Below are positions 33,722 to 48,174 of a stretch of 64,000 bases of DNA, piece after piece. This DNA is from Laetmonice hystrix. Taxonomy: Eukaryota. A program made the position numbers and the translations under genes. The number at the start of each line of letters is the position of its first letter. Within the stretch, counting starts at the first letter, position 1. Below the pieces are notes generated by a model. That model was given only the letters and a program-made list of their open reading frames with translations, had not been told where the DNA came from and ran no database searches. Location: NCBI GenBank assembly GCA_965235115.1, contig OZ249450.1, forward strand, positions 15,686,001-15,750,000. Reading direction: 5' to 3'.

Positions 33722-35059
33722 ACTTATTTACAGAATCCGTATATGACCCTGCTTCTTTATGTGCAACAGTTGTCCAGGTGGGAAAGCCCTCAAAGTACAT
33801 GTATTTGAACGACTTAAGTAGTTATGGCTGCTTACGTCGTTCAAATACGTACTTTAATGCTGGGGGATAAACTTTAGGGTCGATTTTCTCAATTTTGCAG
33901 ATACTGCAGTCTCTCTTGTGAGGGCAATAGTTCTATTATGGTCTACTCAAGAAAAAATAGGGAGTTCTAGGTTCGTCAAAGCAAAATGCCATATTATCGG
34001 CCCCCTGGAAGTATATAATGGGATTATTCTGTATTATAGTTTTGCTACTCTGCTTAAGCATCGGCACCATGTCCCTGGTATCGGTCCCCAGCTCTTATTA
34101 TATCAAAATAACTGCATATATTATGGTTTTTTGCTCAGGTATCGGCCCCCTCGCCCTAGATTCAAGCCCCCTCGCCCGAACATCACTCAAATGTACATTA
34201 TGGGCCCCTGGAACATATTATATAAAAATAATCGTTTTATTTTATATGATATATTATTATTACTATATTGCCCTCACGTTATTTCAGGGGGTGGCCAAGG
34301 CCCCCCTTGCCCCCCATCCCGATCCACCAATGCCAACAGTGAAGCGCCGGATGGCTTCCAGGGGTGGTGTGATTTCTCGGCTCAACATTGCGGCCACGCC
34401 TATAAAACACGGACTAGTATAACCTCGTACATGTATGTATTCGTGAAATAAAGTATGACGATTTAAAACAACTCAGAGCTCGCTGTGTATCCCCAAGCAG
34501 TAAGAGAGACCAGGGCACAGTGGGACGTTCTTCAAATCACTATAGTTCGGACAATTAATGGATAAGCCTAAAAATGACTTCACAGAAAGGTTCGTACATT
34601 GTTTGGCTTTATATTTCCGATCTAAACTTGGGCGTCACTTAAAGTGGCACTCCGAATTCCTCAAATACTTACTAAATACTGAACCCCAGTGTTCCCAAGT
34701 GCTTTATTCCGAATTTCCCAAATCCACTGACCTGCCAAATTATAATGATGGTGATGATGACGATAATGAGTCATGTATTCTGAACCGTGCGGATATTTAG
34801 AATAGAAATACTAGTAGGTATATCATCATGCAGTTAGTCTGCCCTTGGTATTAGGGCCTACTTGATACTTATACAAGTTATGTTAGTACGTCGTAACGCT
34901 CAATGACCCGGTTACGAGGTCATTTTTAATTGTAATCATGCATGGACTGGCACATATTATAGTATACGCCTTAATTTATTTTATTAAAAGTGGAAGTGGG
35001 TATTGTAGGCGAGGATTTAAATGGTCCAAAGAAGAAGACGGCGTGATGTGCTAAATAAG

Positions 35060-35360
35060 GTGATATTTCACTCATGCATAAACAATCTGCGCCCTATATC
35101 AAATACTTGGCTTCCCGCTAAAATTTTAGAAAAACATGTAAATAATGAAATTTACAACTATATGGAAAGCAATAAACTATTTTGTAAACACCAAAACGGA
35201 TTCAGAACAGAACGAGTACAGAAACAATAGTGAATATAGTATAACGGTATTTATTGACCTGTCAAAAGCATTCAACTGTGAATCATGACATCTTATGTAT
35301 GAAACTAGAAAAGTGGGTATCAAAGGGCAGTGGAAACAATGGATCATTGAATACCTCAGG
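35060..35360 (+). pseudogene. Degraded CR1/L2-type LINE reverse-transcriptase fragment
   Basis: NNLRPIS...KILEKHVN...QNGFR, then DLSKAFN-VNHDIL...WIIEYL across frameshifts. Confidence 0.7.
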
Positions 35361-35559
35361 GGCCCGACCTCAAAAATGCCCCCGACCTGGATTTTTATTA
35401 ATTTTTTTCAAAGAACCCTGCTTAAAATAAAGTATAAAAACGGTAAAAAAAAAGTTTTTGCGCCTTTTAAGAACATTTGAACAAAAAATTAAAAAGCAAT
35501 TTCAAGTTCTTCATTTTCTAGCTTGAAAGTTTAGACGAGGTGTGGCATGGTTGAAATAC

Positions 35560-35900
35560 CCAGTATGGGTTCATTGATGGGGTGGCCCAACTATCAAATT
35601 TTGGCTTAGTGGGATCATAGTCTGGAGTCATATCCAATTCTTCAAACGTTCCATCCTGGTGGGTCCCAGGTGCAGTGAATGAAGTCAACGACATGGATCT
35701 AAACATCTTCAAAGCGGTGTCCTTGAGAGTTGAAATGTGAGCCTATCTCGGTATATCTAACCGTATGAAGTCGGGCTTCGGTGATTTTGTGTATAAGTGA
35801 ACTTGGAACCTGTCCATAAATCCACGTCTAGTTTGACCCACATGTTGTTGTTTATTGCATTAGGTCCAACATGTGAGGCAATAGACAACTCTTAAACTTT
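35560..35900 (-). pseudogene. Degraded Penelope-like element GIY-YIG endonuclease fragment
   Basis: VVYCLTC...CNKQQHVGQTRRGFMDRFQVH, then in another frame GSHFNSQGHRFEDV*IHVVDFIH; contains in-frame stops. Confidence 0.5.
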
Positions 35901-38038
35901 AGCAAGAAACACTGTGAGCGAGTATTCGTCTACTCGTGTCAGGCCCGTTTTCCATGAACGCCGAAACGCGCGCGTTTCCGCAGCCTATCGGCTTACAATA
36001 TATGGAAAAGGTGCAATAGTTCAAATTGGTGGGTCTGCGAATTGCAGTGCCGAGAATCCTGTTATAGATTACCTGAGTCTTCGACGAATGGGACAGTAGG
36101 GAGCCTATTGTGTCCCAGTTCCTTCTAACGAAGGGGGAAAGATTAAAATATAAAAGATGGGATTTAGATCCGACCCTGAAGAATCTGCCATTCACTGGTT
36201 CCTTATAGGGGTGGACCATTTGATACGGGGGGGGACTATGGTTTTCCTGCATGAGGAAACCTCCCTAGTCAGTCAGACGGTCAGATGAACCTCCTCTCTG
36301 GCCAGGCCGACGCTCTGGTACAGGTCCATGACGCATTAATAGAAGTGATTAATCAGCAAAGAATAAAGATCACTTCCACCTAAATCCTGTCAAAATTACC
36401 TAAAAAATACACTTTCCCCCTCGAAAGTATAGTACCCATCCCTTGAGAATTCGTGCCTGTGTGCCTGAACCTAGCCGATTGTGAATGTCCTAATAATTTT
36501 ACAAATCCAACTTTCCGGGTTTATCGTCCGCCTGGGACGTGGTACGACGCCACAGTGTGATGCCGAGCCCGGCAATAATAAACACAGCCACGAAAGTTAC
36601 TCCCAGCAACGACCAAGTGGCCGACTGGTACTCCATCAGGGGTCGCGGTGTCGGCCCAGGCGTCGTCGTTACTGGACAAGAAAGGTGTTAGTAAAAAGAT
36701 TAGAAAACGAGAAAACTACCAGCAAAACTGCCATATAGTGTCTCTCCATGCGAGTTTCAACGTGAGTAGGTCAAGTTAGACCATAATATGGTCTTTTTTT
36801 GTAATATTCAACTGACCGACTAAATGACTTTACTGTCATTGATAGCATTTTAATTTTTTTGAAGCTCATTCGAACAGAGCATGCATTCCCTAAGTATCAG
36901 AAATAGCATTCGGCCTATAAGTTTCAATCCCGGGAATGGCAGCAAAATATAGGTTCCTACAATAAGAGGACATCTTTTTGGCACATAGGCCTACTTAACT
37001 ATCATAGGCCTATTAGATATGCTTATCATAGAGTAACCTATAAAAAAAACTCTCTAAACAAAGCCCCTTAAATAATGCAATGTGGGAACTACAAAGCATA
37101 TATTTTATTAGATTCCAGAGTATCTATTGGCAGTAAGAAATTGCTGTACATCTATTTTCTTATGACATAAAAATACACTGTACATAACAAATCGAACAGG
37201 CAATGGCCCCACGTACTGCGTGAACAACACAATTTACCAAGAATTCATAAAGCTTCAACATCGTTTTGTTTTTATAAAGGCACCATTTCAATTTTGGGTC
37301 GTGCCTGCACTGTCGGCATCAACCCAATGGAAGACGGTTGGTCACGTGGTTATAACGTGACGATCTGGTTTAGATATTCGACACAACGTGTCAATCAAAT
37401 CAGACAAACGAAAAAACCTTTAAGGCTAAACACAAGCACATACACAAGCTAAACACATAAAATATACATTCCTTTGCACTAAGAACTTTAAAAGATCAAC
37501 ATAGATTATTGGCAGTGAGATTCAATGATTGCGAAGAGTTCTACTCTGAGTTTGTAGGGGTCGAAAGGTATGAAACTTCCCCTTCCTTTTCACTCACAAT
37601 GAAACATTCTTACAAGCTCTTTCACTGGCCTACCATTATATCCAATCAGAACGTTAAATACTCTTCTTGAGCGAAAGAAACGGCACTTCATTGTCTTATG
37701 ACTTAACTTATAATGACTTAGCCTTATAGGTCAACTGGGAGAAAAAGGACACATAACCTTAGGTTGTATCTGTCTCTGGACTATGGGATACCAGGGATAC
37801 ACAGCTCAGATGGATTGATACAATCCTATTTCGTATCTGATAGTAATTTTAGAGATATTTGCCAGGTGCATTTCAGAATTCAGATTCATTCCAAGATAAT
37901 ACAATATAGCTCAAGCCTCGCCACTTTCTTCACACACGCACTCATTCAATCTCTGTCTGTCATACAAGTCCACTCAGTCGAATCTCCCACAAAGAGTGGC
38001 TCGGTTACGGTAACTGAGTGGTAGCGTGGCCCTGAGAG

Positions 38039-41000
38039 CTACATGTCTAAGATGCTAGGGGAGAGGGTCCGGCGCCAGAGCGTGATGCCAAGGGCGAGGA
38101 TGATGGAGATGGTGATGAAGCTGGCCCCGACCAGAGACCACGTGGCTCTCTGGTACTCGAGTCGGGGTCGTGGGGTCGGGCCGGGTGTTGTCGTCACTGG
38201 TAACAACAGATACACACTTGACAATCACTGCAGCCAGGCACAGCCGGGCGGGGAGGGAAGGGGGTGGGGTCAACAAGCAAACAGTGAAATGCCCTAATAT
38301 CTTACAGATTTGACAGCTTTTTGCTAACTATAATATACCAATACTTCGAATAAAATACTTATAATGTATATGGGTTCTTATCAACAAAACTACTGCCTTG
38401 ACAACAAATCTCTAAAAAGCACTGAAACTTAGCATATCTTAATAATATGCAAATCATATGCACTTGAGGCAATAGGGTAAAAGTAGCTTAACCATATCTT
38501 ATACTATTTTAAATAACCTACTTTCAATCCTTTTCAAATTTTCATTTCTTAAATAATTACAGGTGTTCATACTTACATGGCCACCAACTAGAGACAGTTG
38601 GGAAGTAGTTCCTCCAAAAGGCGTAATGATTTTGCCGAAAGTTAATATCCATTTCACTGTATTCCATAATGTGGAGGTAGGAGAGATTTGACAAGCTGAA
38701 TGGATACCAGGTGACATTCCTTGTCCATTCTAGTGTCGGGTTTCTGGTGGTCGAAGAAAAAACAGACACTTTGTGCTACTTCATGACTTATGAAATATTA
38801 TGAAAGGTATGCTCTTCAAGTGTTCTGTTACATATTTGTCAAGAAGACTGTAAATAATCAACACTTCTTACCCATATTTAGTAAAGTTGACCCACATGTC
38901 CTGGATGAAAACACTTATGTTACGGTCAAGGTATGTCCAGTCCCACTGGTCAGGTACAATCCCCGTCAGGTTTCCCAGTGTTTCGTTGAAGAAAGGATGA
39001 CCAAAGAGGTAGTCTAAATCTTTATATTGGGGTACACCTGTGTGGACCGAAAATGTAATATTTTTATTTGGTGAACGTTCTAAAAAACACACAAAAGTTT
39101 TTTGACATAGATGCAATTGGTGGCCAGAGTCAACAAACCTTTTCCTTTCTTTCCTCACAACCATTTGTCTTTAGTGAGATAACTTGAGACAATATTATGC
39201 TTATGCAAATAAGACAAGAAGAAACAAAATGTGAAAACTGACCCATCCATTCGGGAAGGATTTCCCATTCCGACCGATGATCAAATATGTACATGTAGAC
39301 AGGTCGGTTGTGGGCTGCATGGTATTTAACGACAGCATCGACACAAGATCCCACCATCTGGTCGGAGTACAACTGAAAACGTATATACCACACATGGACA
39401 TCAGCACACTACACAGAAATGGTTTACAGCACAATTTGTGCACTGTCTACACATGACAGAAATATCATTTTACAAGAACCTGTGGATAGAAATTCTGTGC
39501 TTCCTACAGATTATTAATCTAACTGACTAAGTCACGAGGACAGAAAGCTCCCCAATAGCACCTTATGTTTACTTATTTCAGGTGTTAAGTTTTACTATTT
39601 CATTACTACTAGATGATATATCTGTTTTCAATATTTTTTTCAAAATACTGAAACAATCTTTTCTGAAACACATTACGGTACTACAATGCCAATACATAGA
39701 ACTTTATCAGAGTTATCTAAACCCTTAACACCTACATCAATAAGGTTCTGTCGAACTGCAGTTTTGTTGTCTGGTTTTGACCAGAAGGTGTACTCAAACT
39801 CGACTGCTGACACAGTCTCGTGAGTATTGCGAATGTAGGATTTTTCTCTGATCATCTTGTAGAGGATATCACGGAAGGTGCCTGGATCGAGGCCCTCACT
39901 CATTTTGAGACCAATGATGTCCTTAGTGATGTTTTCTGTAAGAGATAGACTATCAGTCCCAATCCTGAAAACACGCGACAGGCTGCTACCCCCCGTAATC
40001 TTCCGTGTACAAGCCGCAGTCATGTATAAGCCGCACCCCCGTTTTTAGAGCAAAAGTCAGAGGAAAAAAAAATTCACGTTTCTGACGCCAGTCGTAGCAA
40101 AGTTGGGCCCCAACCATCAACCCTACAGGCTGAGACGTGTATCAGCTAGGTGTTTCACCAGCTTGGCCATAGTGTGAAAAGTCGTTGGCCAGACGCCGGT
40201 GCCACCATCACCTCCCATTGTTAAACGGGCCGTTGCTTTCACGGGGCATTGAAAACAATAGGACTCACTTTTATTTTGGGAATCCATCTCACTGTCTTAG
40301 TCAGCAAAGAGTCACACGTAAAACAATGGGTATTAACGGGTTGTGGGTATAAAGCAGGCCAGTTCCCATCAGAAAGGCCTGTCCTTTGTCCCATTCCAAT
40401 GATGATCTTGCCCAGAATCTTTCTCTGTCTATATCTCTCTCTATATGTTTCTTTAAATCTATAACTCTCCATATAACGTTAATACTTTATTCGCAATACC
40501 ACCACTAGGGGTGTAAAAAATTGCGTTGGTGGCGCCACCTAGGGATGACTTGGTCTCCACATAGACGTAGAAGTCTCCAGACGCTTGTGGCCATGTATAA
40601 GCCGCACCCCTGATTTATGATTAATTTGAGGAGGAAAAAAGTGCGGCTTATACACGGAAGATTACGGGTACTTGCTGGTGTACGCTACTCAACGAGTCGC
40701 GAGTGTCCAACATTCTTATATGAACACAGTGACCATCACATACCACACTACCCTGGAGTGGGTTACTTCATTATAACCACGTTATTATTATGTCATTCAG
40801 TGTGACAAGAACATCCATCTCATTCTTACCAGCTAGGTATGACCCTTCATCCTTGGTGAACCCAGCCAGAATGTCAATCTTCATGAACTGGTTTTTGTCT
40901 CGGAGGGCCTTGGGGTCGCCAGGAAGGACAGGTCTCGGGACAAAGTCATCCACTACTGGGGAAAATGGACCGGCTAGGGACCCATACTGTAAATAAATAA

Positions 41001-43878
41001 GTATTGTTTCAAAAAACAATAAATGTGTTATGGATTCTTCCAAATAATAACACTGGCACTCTTAAAAACTTTTTTATATTGGCTCCAGAAAGCTATATAC
41101 ATGTAGCAGTAAAAAAAATGTTAAGGAACACAACATGGAAAATACAACACATAAAAAGAAAGTTCAGGCTTGACTGGTAATACATATTTGTGACACAATC
41201 AAACAAAACGATATTGGCCATATAATGACTTCAAGCATATAAAAATTCTTTAAAAAGCTATATGAGGCAGGATACCCCAGTTCTATTCCCTCACAGAAAG
41301 CAAATTAAGTTCTTTGTTCCCATGAATTTGAGATTTGTTCTTACGTGTTTGTACATTGAGGCAGTTGCATTGACTATTTCTTCAAAGTGCTTTTTCCGCA
41401 GACAGTCAACAAGGTTTTCCAAAGGTAGTCCCCAGTCTGGGTTACATCCAACATGCCGACCCAGGTCCTTTGCGTATTCCCTGGCATTGGAATTATAAAC
41501 ACCTTTCACAACCGACCACTCACACAGGTCCGACCCAGCCATCATTATGGCTCGGTGAAACAACTGACGACCTGTAAAAAAAAACAGTAAATAAACAACA
41601 GTGTAATGTACCAGGGTAAACCTTTCAAATCAAGTAGATTCATGTGCAATAACCTTGGATTTTAAAACTTTTGTGATTTCAAGATTAACTTTAAATGTCT
41701 TACATAAGACAAACAATAAAGCATAGATAAGAAGAAATGTAATGATTCTGTCCATCTAGATTTACTGGTATCACACCTGTGATAGTACCTTGCAGAAATT
41801 AAAGGACATGTGTAAATGAAGATACGCACCATTTTCTTTAGACAACGGAGAAAGCAAGAGAAGGCCAACGATACTGGCCCCTGACCCATGACCGAGAATG
41901 GTAACTTTGTTAGGGTCTCCTCCGAACACAGGCTTGACGTAAGTTTGTATCCACTCAAGGAGTTTCAACACATCCCGTAAACCATAATTGCCAGGCGAGT
42001 TGGAGTCCAGAGTGGACAGAAAGCCTGGAAAAAATATTACTCTTTTCAGAATTTTTAATGTAGCAATGAGAAAATAATCTCCTCTCAGTTAGATATGTTT
42101 AGATATGTAAGATAAACCTCTCCGTTTGAGTCATTAATAAAATGTTGATTACAAAAATATTAAAAGTGAGAGGTTGGTTTTCTTGTTGGTAATGGACATT
42201 TTAGCAGCATGGTTCTGCCTAAAAATTGTGATATCTCACCAAGGGCTCCAAGACGGTAGTTGAATGTGATAACAAGGAGCTCCTTCTTGGCCAGGATGTG
42301 GCCTGGGTACATCTGAGAGTCGCCCAGTTTGTAGTCGTCACCATGGATAAACACAAGGACATCCCAGTCACGGTTTGTTGACTCAGGTCTATCAGTTAGC
42401 TATAGACAAACAATTGTTCCATGTCAAATCAACCAGATTAGGAAAATCTTTGAGGGTGGTCATCTGTGTATCTGAAGTACATTTTGTAAAATTTGTCCTC
42501 AAAATTCCCTCTTCCTGAGTTACAAGCCATTGGTAAAAGAGCTTCTTATTACAAACCACTGATAAAAGAACTTCTTATTCTAAGCTATTCTTGGATAGCT
42601 GCCTCCAGAAACAGTAAAGCTGGCAACTTATATTTCTTCCCACATAAACTTCCATATGCACCAACTACAGAAAAGCAATAAATTAGTAGATCCTTTCTTA
42701 AAAGTTTTTTCCTGCTTTTAATTTCTGGTAAATTAGCATGCCATCAAATCATTTGAACATTTGTAACCAGGTTTTCTGGTGGAAAACTGAAATGAGCAGA
42801 GCAAGAAATAAAGATTACTTCTCATGAAATGAGCAGAGCAAAAAATAACGATCACTTATAATTCTCATCACTACATGCATGTAGTCATTCACCAATTTTC
42901 AAAAACAAGTATAAAGCTATACTCTCTCGATTTTCTCACTTGAAAAGTCATCTTTAATTAATATGTGGACGTACGTTAGGCTGAAAGACATTCATATGGA
43001 GACAGTCTTCACTCTGGTTCCGGATCTCGTAGAACATTTTGTCTAGTTTCCAAATTTCTTGCGGGCATGCTGGACGGTAGAAGGAGGCATCCCACTCGCA
43101 CTGACCGATGTCCCAACACGGTCCTGGATCCTCGGGTGGCTGGGTTTTAGGCAAACACAGTGAATGACTATCAAGTTGTAATTGGGGCCGTTGCCATGGA
43201 TTGGCAACAGAGGTCGACACCTGCTTATATAATATAACCCCCTCCTTCATTATGTCCCTTGGAGGTCCCAGGCAGGGGAGATGCTTAAAATGCCAATCAA
43301 ACACCATACGTTTCCCATTACAGCATCTATGCAAGTTACAGCTGTCCCACTATTCGGTTATATCTTAAATTATTACTGTATTTATTCCTTGTGCCACACC
43401 TGATAGCACTGATGTTGGCATGCAGTACTATGGTTAGGAAATCCCTCTGACAGTGGGGAATCCCGCCCTCTGACGACCTGACCCAGTTTCTTAACTTACC
43501 TGAGAAAGGCGGGCAGCCTTTGATGTTTTTATTAAACAACTTGGAGCCTACCTTAAATCGTAACTCCCCAACTGGTGGTCGAGCGTAGGGCACACCCAGG
43601 AAGATATTAATGTAGCGATAGGGCATGTAAATAAGCGACCGCCCAATAATTTCCCCGATGTCACCAACTTGGCGACGGATTTGATCGTACGGGTAGAACG
43701 GTGGCTCCCAGCACGGATACGGCGAGTTGGGGTCGCACCATGGCCTGTCCTTGTTTCCTGGCCACCGGCTCGAGTCCCACTGGTTTGCCCCATTCAGAGG
43801 TTGCTGGCTCACGACGACAGCAGCCAGTGCCAGCAGTAACCATACTAGAAGTGTCTTTCTCCACCATATCGCCATCAC
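38039..43878 (-). CDS. Non-catalytic cholinesterase-like (neuroligin-type) single-pass membrane protein, 11 exons, ~683 aa
   Basis: Exons 43878-43552, 43139-42975, 42399-42240, 42024-41830, 41571-41345, 40986-40830, 39935-39736, 39372-39243, 39037-38872, 38743-38577 and 38196-38039; phase-compatible, sum 2052 nt. Signal peptide, FLGVPYARPPVG, SEDCL, NYRLG, FGGDPNKVTILGHGSGA (nucleophile Ser replaced by Gly), GVPQY (His replaced by Gln), TM segment ATWSLVGASFITISIILALGITLW. Confidence 0.87.
39989..40668. mobile_element. Tc1/mariner(pogo)-like non-autonomous element with TA flanks
   Basis: ccgtaatcttccgtgtacaagccgca ... tgcggcttatacacggaagattacgg; ta on both flanks. Confidence 0.6.
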
Positions 43879-44880
43879 AACTTAATCCCGGTCCTCTCCG
43901 TATTACAGGAGCAGGGCTCGAACTTTGCACTCCATGTTTTCATGCCGCTTTGCAGGTGCGCGTCTGTACGGGGGTCACATGATGTTTACCTGGATGGTTG
44001 GCCAATAGCACGCGCTCTCCTGCTGCCGCTATTTCCTTTGGTGTTAACTTGGGAAGCGCCAGAATAGCGTTGTCTGGAATACTAATTTGTGTCATAAGGC
44101 GCCAGATTTAGCAGTCTTTCTTTTTCAACCAATCTAATTTTAGAGCGTAGGAGGCGTCAATTTCTTTAATTTTCCTGTAAAACGTGATTATATTAAGTCC
44201 ATTCCATTTTCGACCTTGACCGTCTTCTTTTGTAACCACTTTCTTAGTTTTGTCCAATATTTCTGCAAACAACAGTGATCAGAGATATCTATTGCAATCA
44301 TATATGACCCTGGTTTTACTTATGTTATTGGAATTTGTGAATATATGTTATCTATAATTGTTGCGGTTGTAGTAATTATTGTAGGACCTAATAATTGAGC
44401 AGATAGTATATATATTCGCATCTAAAAACCTTTGGACAACTTTCTCATTTTAAAAATTAGCGAGATTTATATTAAACATACGTCATATACATTGTACTTA
44501 CAAACAAGATTTTATTGGGTACTCGTCATGGAACACAAGGCACCCAACTTACACACGCACCAGCACGGCACGTCTCTCCGATATATTCTCTTAAATTCTC
44601 TCCCTATCTCTCCTCTCGGCTTACTCTCCCCTCCTCCCTCGCCCGTGGCCCAGCTTGCTGGGATCGAAGATATATCTTTGGGCTTTATTGAAATGCACCT
44701 CAGCCTGCCAATAAAGCCCAAAGATATCATTGAAAACCTCGCTGGAGCCAGGTGCGAGGTTTTTATTGAAACACTCACTCTCTCCCCATCCAGACTACAC
44801 TAGTCCAAAAGGCGTCTTTGGTAAAGATATCCTTGGCAAAGATATCTTTTGATATTGAAACACACTGGTTCCCCTCCCCG

Positions 44881-45016
44881 CCGCTCCGCTCCTTGGCGCT
44901 GATGGTCTTTTGCTCCAAGCCAGCGACCATAGCACTCGGAACACCGACGCTGCCGAGTGCGACCATAGCGACTATCAGCGCCAATGAGCGAAGCGGCGGG
45001 CAGGAGAACCAGGCTA
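44881..45016. other. GC-rich hairpin element ending in aaccaggcta (copy 2 of 2)
   Basis: Stem ttggcgctgatggtc / gactatcagcgccaa with an inner stem gcactcgg / ccgagtgc; homologous to 15540-15619. Confidence 0.6.
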
Positions 45017-45492
45017 GGACAGACGGGGGCAAATCATTAGTAGGACCCCACTGATTGGTTAATGAGCATTACTGGCGGGAGCCGGCTGGCCTATTACCTT
45101 ATACTGTACATTGTACATTATATGGTCGTGGGATATAACAAGATACAATGTGTATAGGCCTCTATGTATCAAAAAGGGTCCATCGGGCAAGAGTCCTACA
45201 ACCCGCAAATTGTCAAGGCCTATAGATTTACAGATTATATCAAGTCGCATCGCCTTAATGTGAAATAGAACATGAACGCTTTGTCAGGGTTTCATTCAAA
45301 GCACGTTTATGACACTGAGTATGAGACCATAAACAGCTACATGTTCTGTGCTGGCCAGGTTGGTCCCACATACAACCTGGTCAATGACCGGTGAATGAGA
45401 AACTGTTGGCCTGTGACAAGGATGAACGGTGAAATGGATCAGGATCGATACACACTATATTACTTAGCTACCCCGGAGTCGGCAAACCCTGG

Positions 45493-45663
45493 CAGGGCCG
45501 TAGCCGGGGGGGGGGGGGAGATGCTCCCTGGGATTTCCAGTTTAAAAAAAAATTTTTTTTACCCACACCCTGGGCCAGCTCGACGGGCGCAATGAGGCGC
45601 TATCACGCGGCAGGCCTACCCCCCCCCCCCCCCCTCCGCGTATTTGGACAGGCTACGGCCCTG
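45493..45663. mobile_element. MITE with CAG...CTG ends and a 5-bp TSD (cctgg)
   Basis: cagggccgtagcc ... ggctacggccctg; cctgg at 45488-45492 and 45664-45668. Confidence 0.8.
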
Positions 45664-48174
45664 CCTGGTTGTCACTATCGCTACCATGTGTTGGGGTGGT
45701 ACATGTATTTGTAAAATGCTTGCGGAGGTTTCTTGATGAAATAACTTGTTCTCTCGACTGACATTTACTACCAGTACATGTATGTCATTGTGTAGTTAAT
45801 TCGCTGGTCAACAGTATTTTTAGTGCACATGCACCAGACCACCTCGGTAGCAACCTTAATTCGACTTTATTTGTAAACATCGACATCAATAAAGGCATAA
45901 CAAGAATATGTTTAAGAAACATACAGAAATATTTACCATTAGCAATAACATCTAACGCATACATATGACTTGGCAAATAGGCGCACTATACTAAACAAGT
46001 AGAACCAGCAAATATGATGATAAAGAAAGAACTGAAGCTAAAACTCAGGCACAAACGTTTCTTTCATCGATAATAATGAACAATTGTCCTAAGGCGCTAC
46101 CACAATCTCCCTCTCAGTGAATAGGGTCGGCACCTGACAAGATGATTGGGGCGTGGAGGAGGGCTAGGCTCGCCTTTCTATTATTTTTTTGTTGCTTCCC
46201 ACCTCCTCGGAAATATTAGGTGCGCCCCTGCCGGGACCGTCAAAACGTACACGTTAAATATCCCTACAACTACTTAACTGTGTACTTCAAACTGTATTGA
46301 AACTATTAATTAAGACACTTCCTTATCCATACACACTGTATACTATACACCTGGATCTCCGTTTGTGCAAATAACTGCGCCTATGTCTGGGGCAATGAGA
46401 AGCAAAAAGATGGGGACATATCACAAAACACTCACATACATCCTTTCGTTAAATCAAATCAATATTTCCTTGGTGTATATATTTACAACTCACACAAATC
46501 CGTTTCATTATCCAATTTTTCCAACTCAAATAAACTGTTGATTTAAAGAAAAAAACGGAAACCTAATTAAAGATATACACATGTATTTGTAATTAAAAAG
46601 CTATAAATCGACAAGACATGGCCTGTATTATCAACTGGTTGGAGTCGACAGACCGTAGTAGGAGAAGTATTTTAACGACTTTGTTTTCGCGGATGACCAT
46701 CTCATCAGTGCTGATCTGAAGGGTCTGATCCACCGGTTCACACGGCCGGTCGACCGTTGTTTTTTTTTCTCTCAGTCAAATGGGGTCTGAATTTTGTTAT
46801 GACGCGGCCGGCCGGCGGTACATCCGGTCACCTGACACGGCCGACGCAATAAGGCATTTCTCGGCGAATGCCTCGAATCCGTTCTCGTTCTTCATCCGTC
46901 TTGGAGACGGGTGAGATTTGAATATTTTCAACAGAAGAAGGGTACAGAGCATCGGGAGGGGGGGGGGGGGGGGGCTTGTCAAAAATTTACCCCTTGACGG
47001 CCGCCCAGTCACCCGGTCAAATCAAACATTTTTGGAGATCCGATTTTTGGCCTTGGCTGTTAAACGTCTCTGACTAAACTGAGCTTTTTTTTCGTTGGTG
47101 AAAAAAAATGCAACTTTGATAATGTATCACAAAAGATGAACGATAAACCATTAGTTTCGTGACAATTTGTTGTATCTGTAAGTTAAAAGATAAACAGGTG
47201 TTTTCCTGAGGAACGTGCTCTCAAATTCTTGGAACCGAGTTTGCATTGACCAAAGAAAGCTGATTGTGACACACTGATACAGCTCATCATAACGTGAATT
47301 TGTCAGCACCGTAATGTACCAATGAAGTCGGTGAATTCACGTACCTGTGCCTTGCCCCAACACACACCCTGATCTACACAACGGCACCGTAATGTACTAA
47401 TGAAGTCGGTGAATTCACGTACCTGTAGCTTTGCCCCAACACACACCCTGTTCTATAAGACGACTCCGCACTTGCCAGATGGACCGTTTGACTCATTATA
47501 TTTTTTTTGTAGGCCCAGTATAGACAACAGTCCGAGAAACACCAATGGTAAACTGTAGCTTCTGCGTGAAGTGTTTTGAGTGAACTCACAACTCACCCTC
47601 CACCATCTGTGCGCTGTTAAATCTTCCTCCCTCCGAAAATGACTAAAGATATCAAGATATAGCCGTTATCATATCTTAACAATACCACAACTGTCTAAAA
47701 TATAGCTTTCATGGTTCTGAATATGTTCAAATTCGTAATGCGCTCTGGATTTACACCATATCTGAGAACGAATTTGGAACATGAACAAAGGAAGCATAGA
47801 GTGGCTTCAGCAATAACCAAGTAAGATTTTATTTTATATACATCTTCCCACCCTCTCTTCGCCTCAATATACGTGTAAGTATTCAGAGCCATGAAGGCTA
47901 ATTCTAAAAAAGTGTTTACATTATTTACCGTCCTGCTGACAAACATATTTATATTTTTATACTTTAAATTTGGTATATCCTACATTGTGAGAAAGGCTAC
48001 TGGTCTACCCACCCTCATTTCATTGTCATTATAGAAAATATATTGGGGAGACTTATGGGAAATCTATATATAGTTGCTGCCAAATCTGCTGTGAGGTTTT
48101 CCAGTCATATGCAGATCAATATGTGGTCACGGCGACGTGAAAGGCAAGCCAGGGATACGACCAGGGCCCAGCAC

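Noticed and set aside
47325-47455. Two ~64-bp direct repeats
   Set aside because: A simple local duplication with no associated feature.
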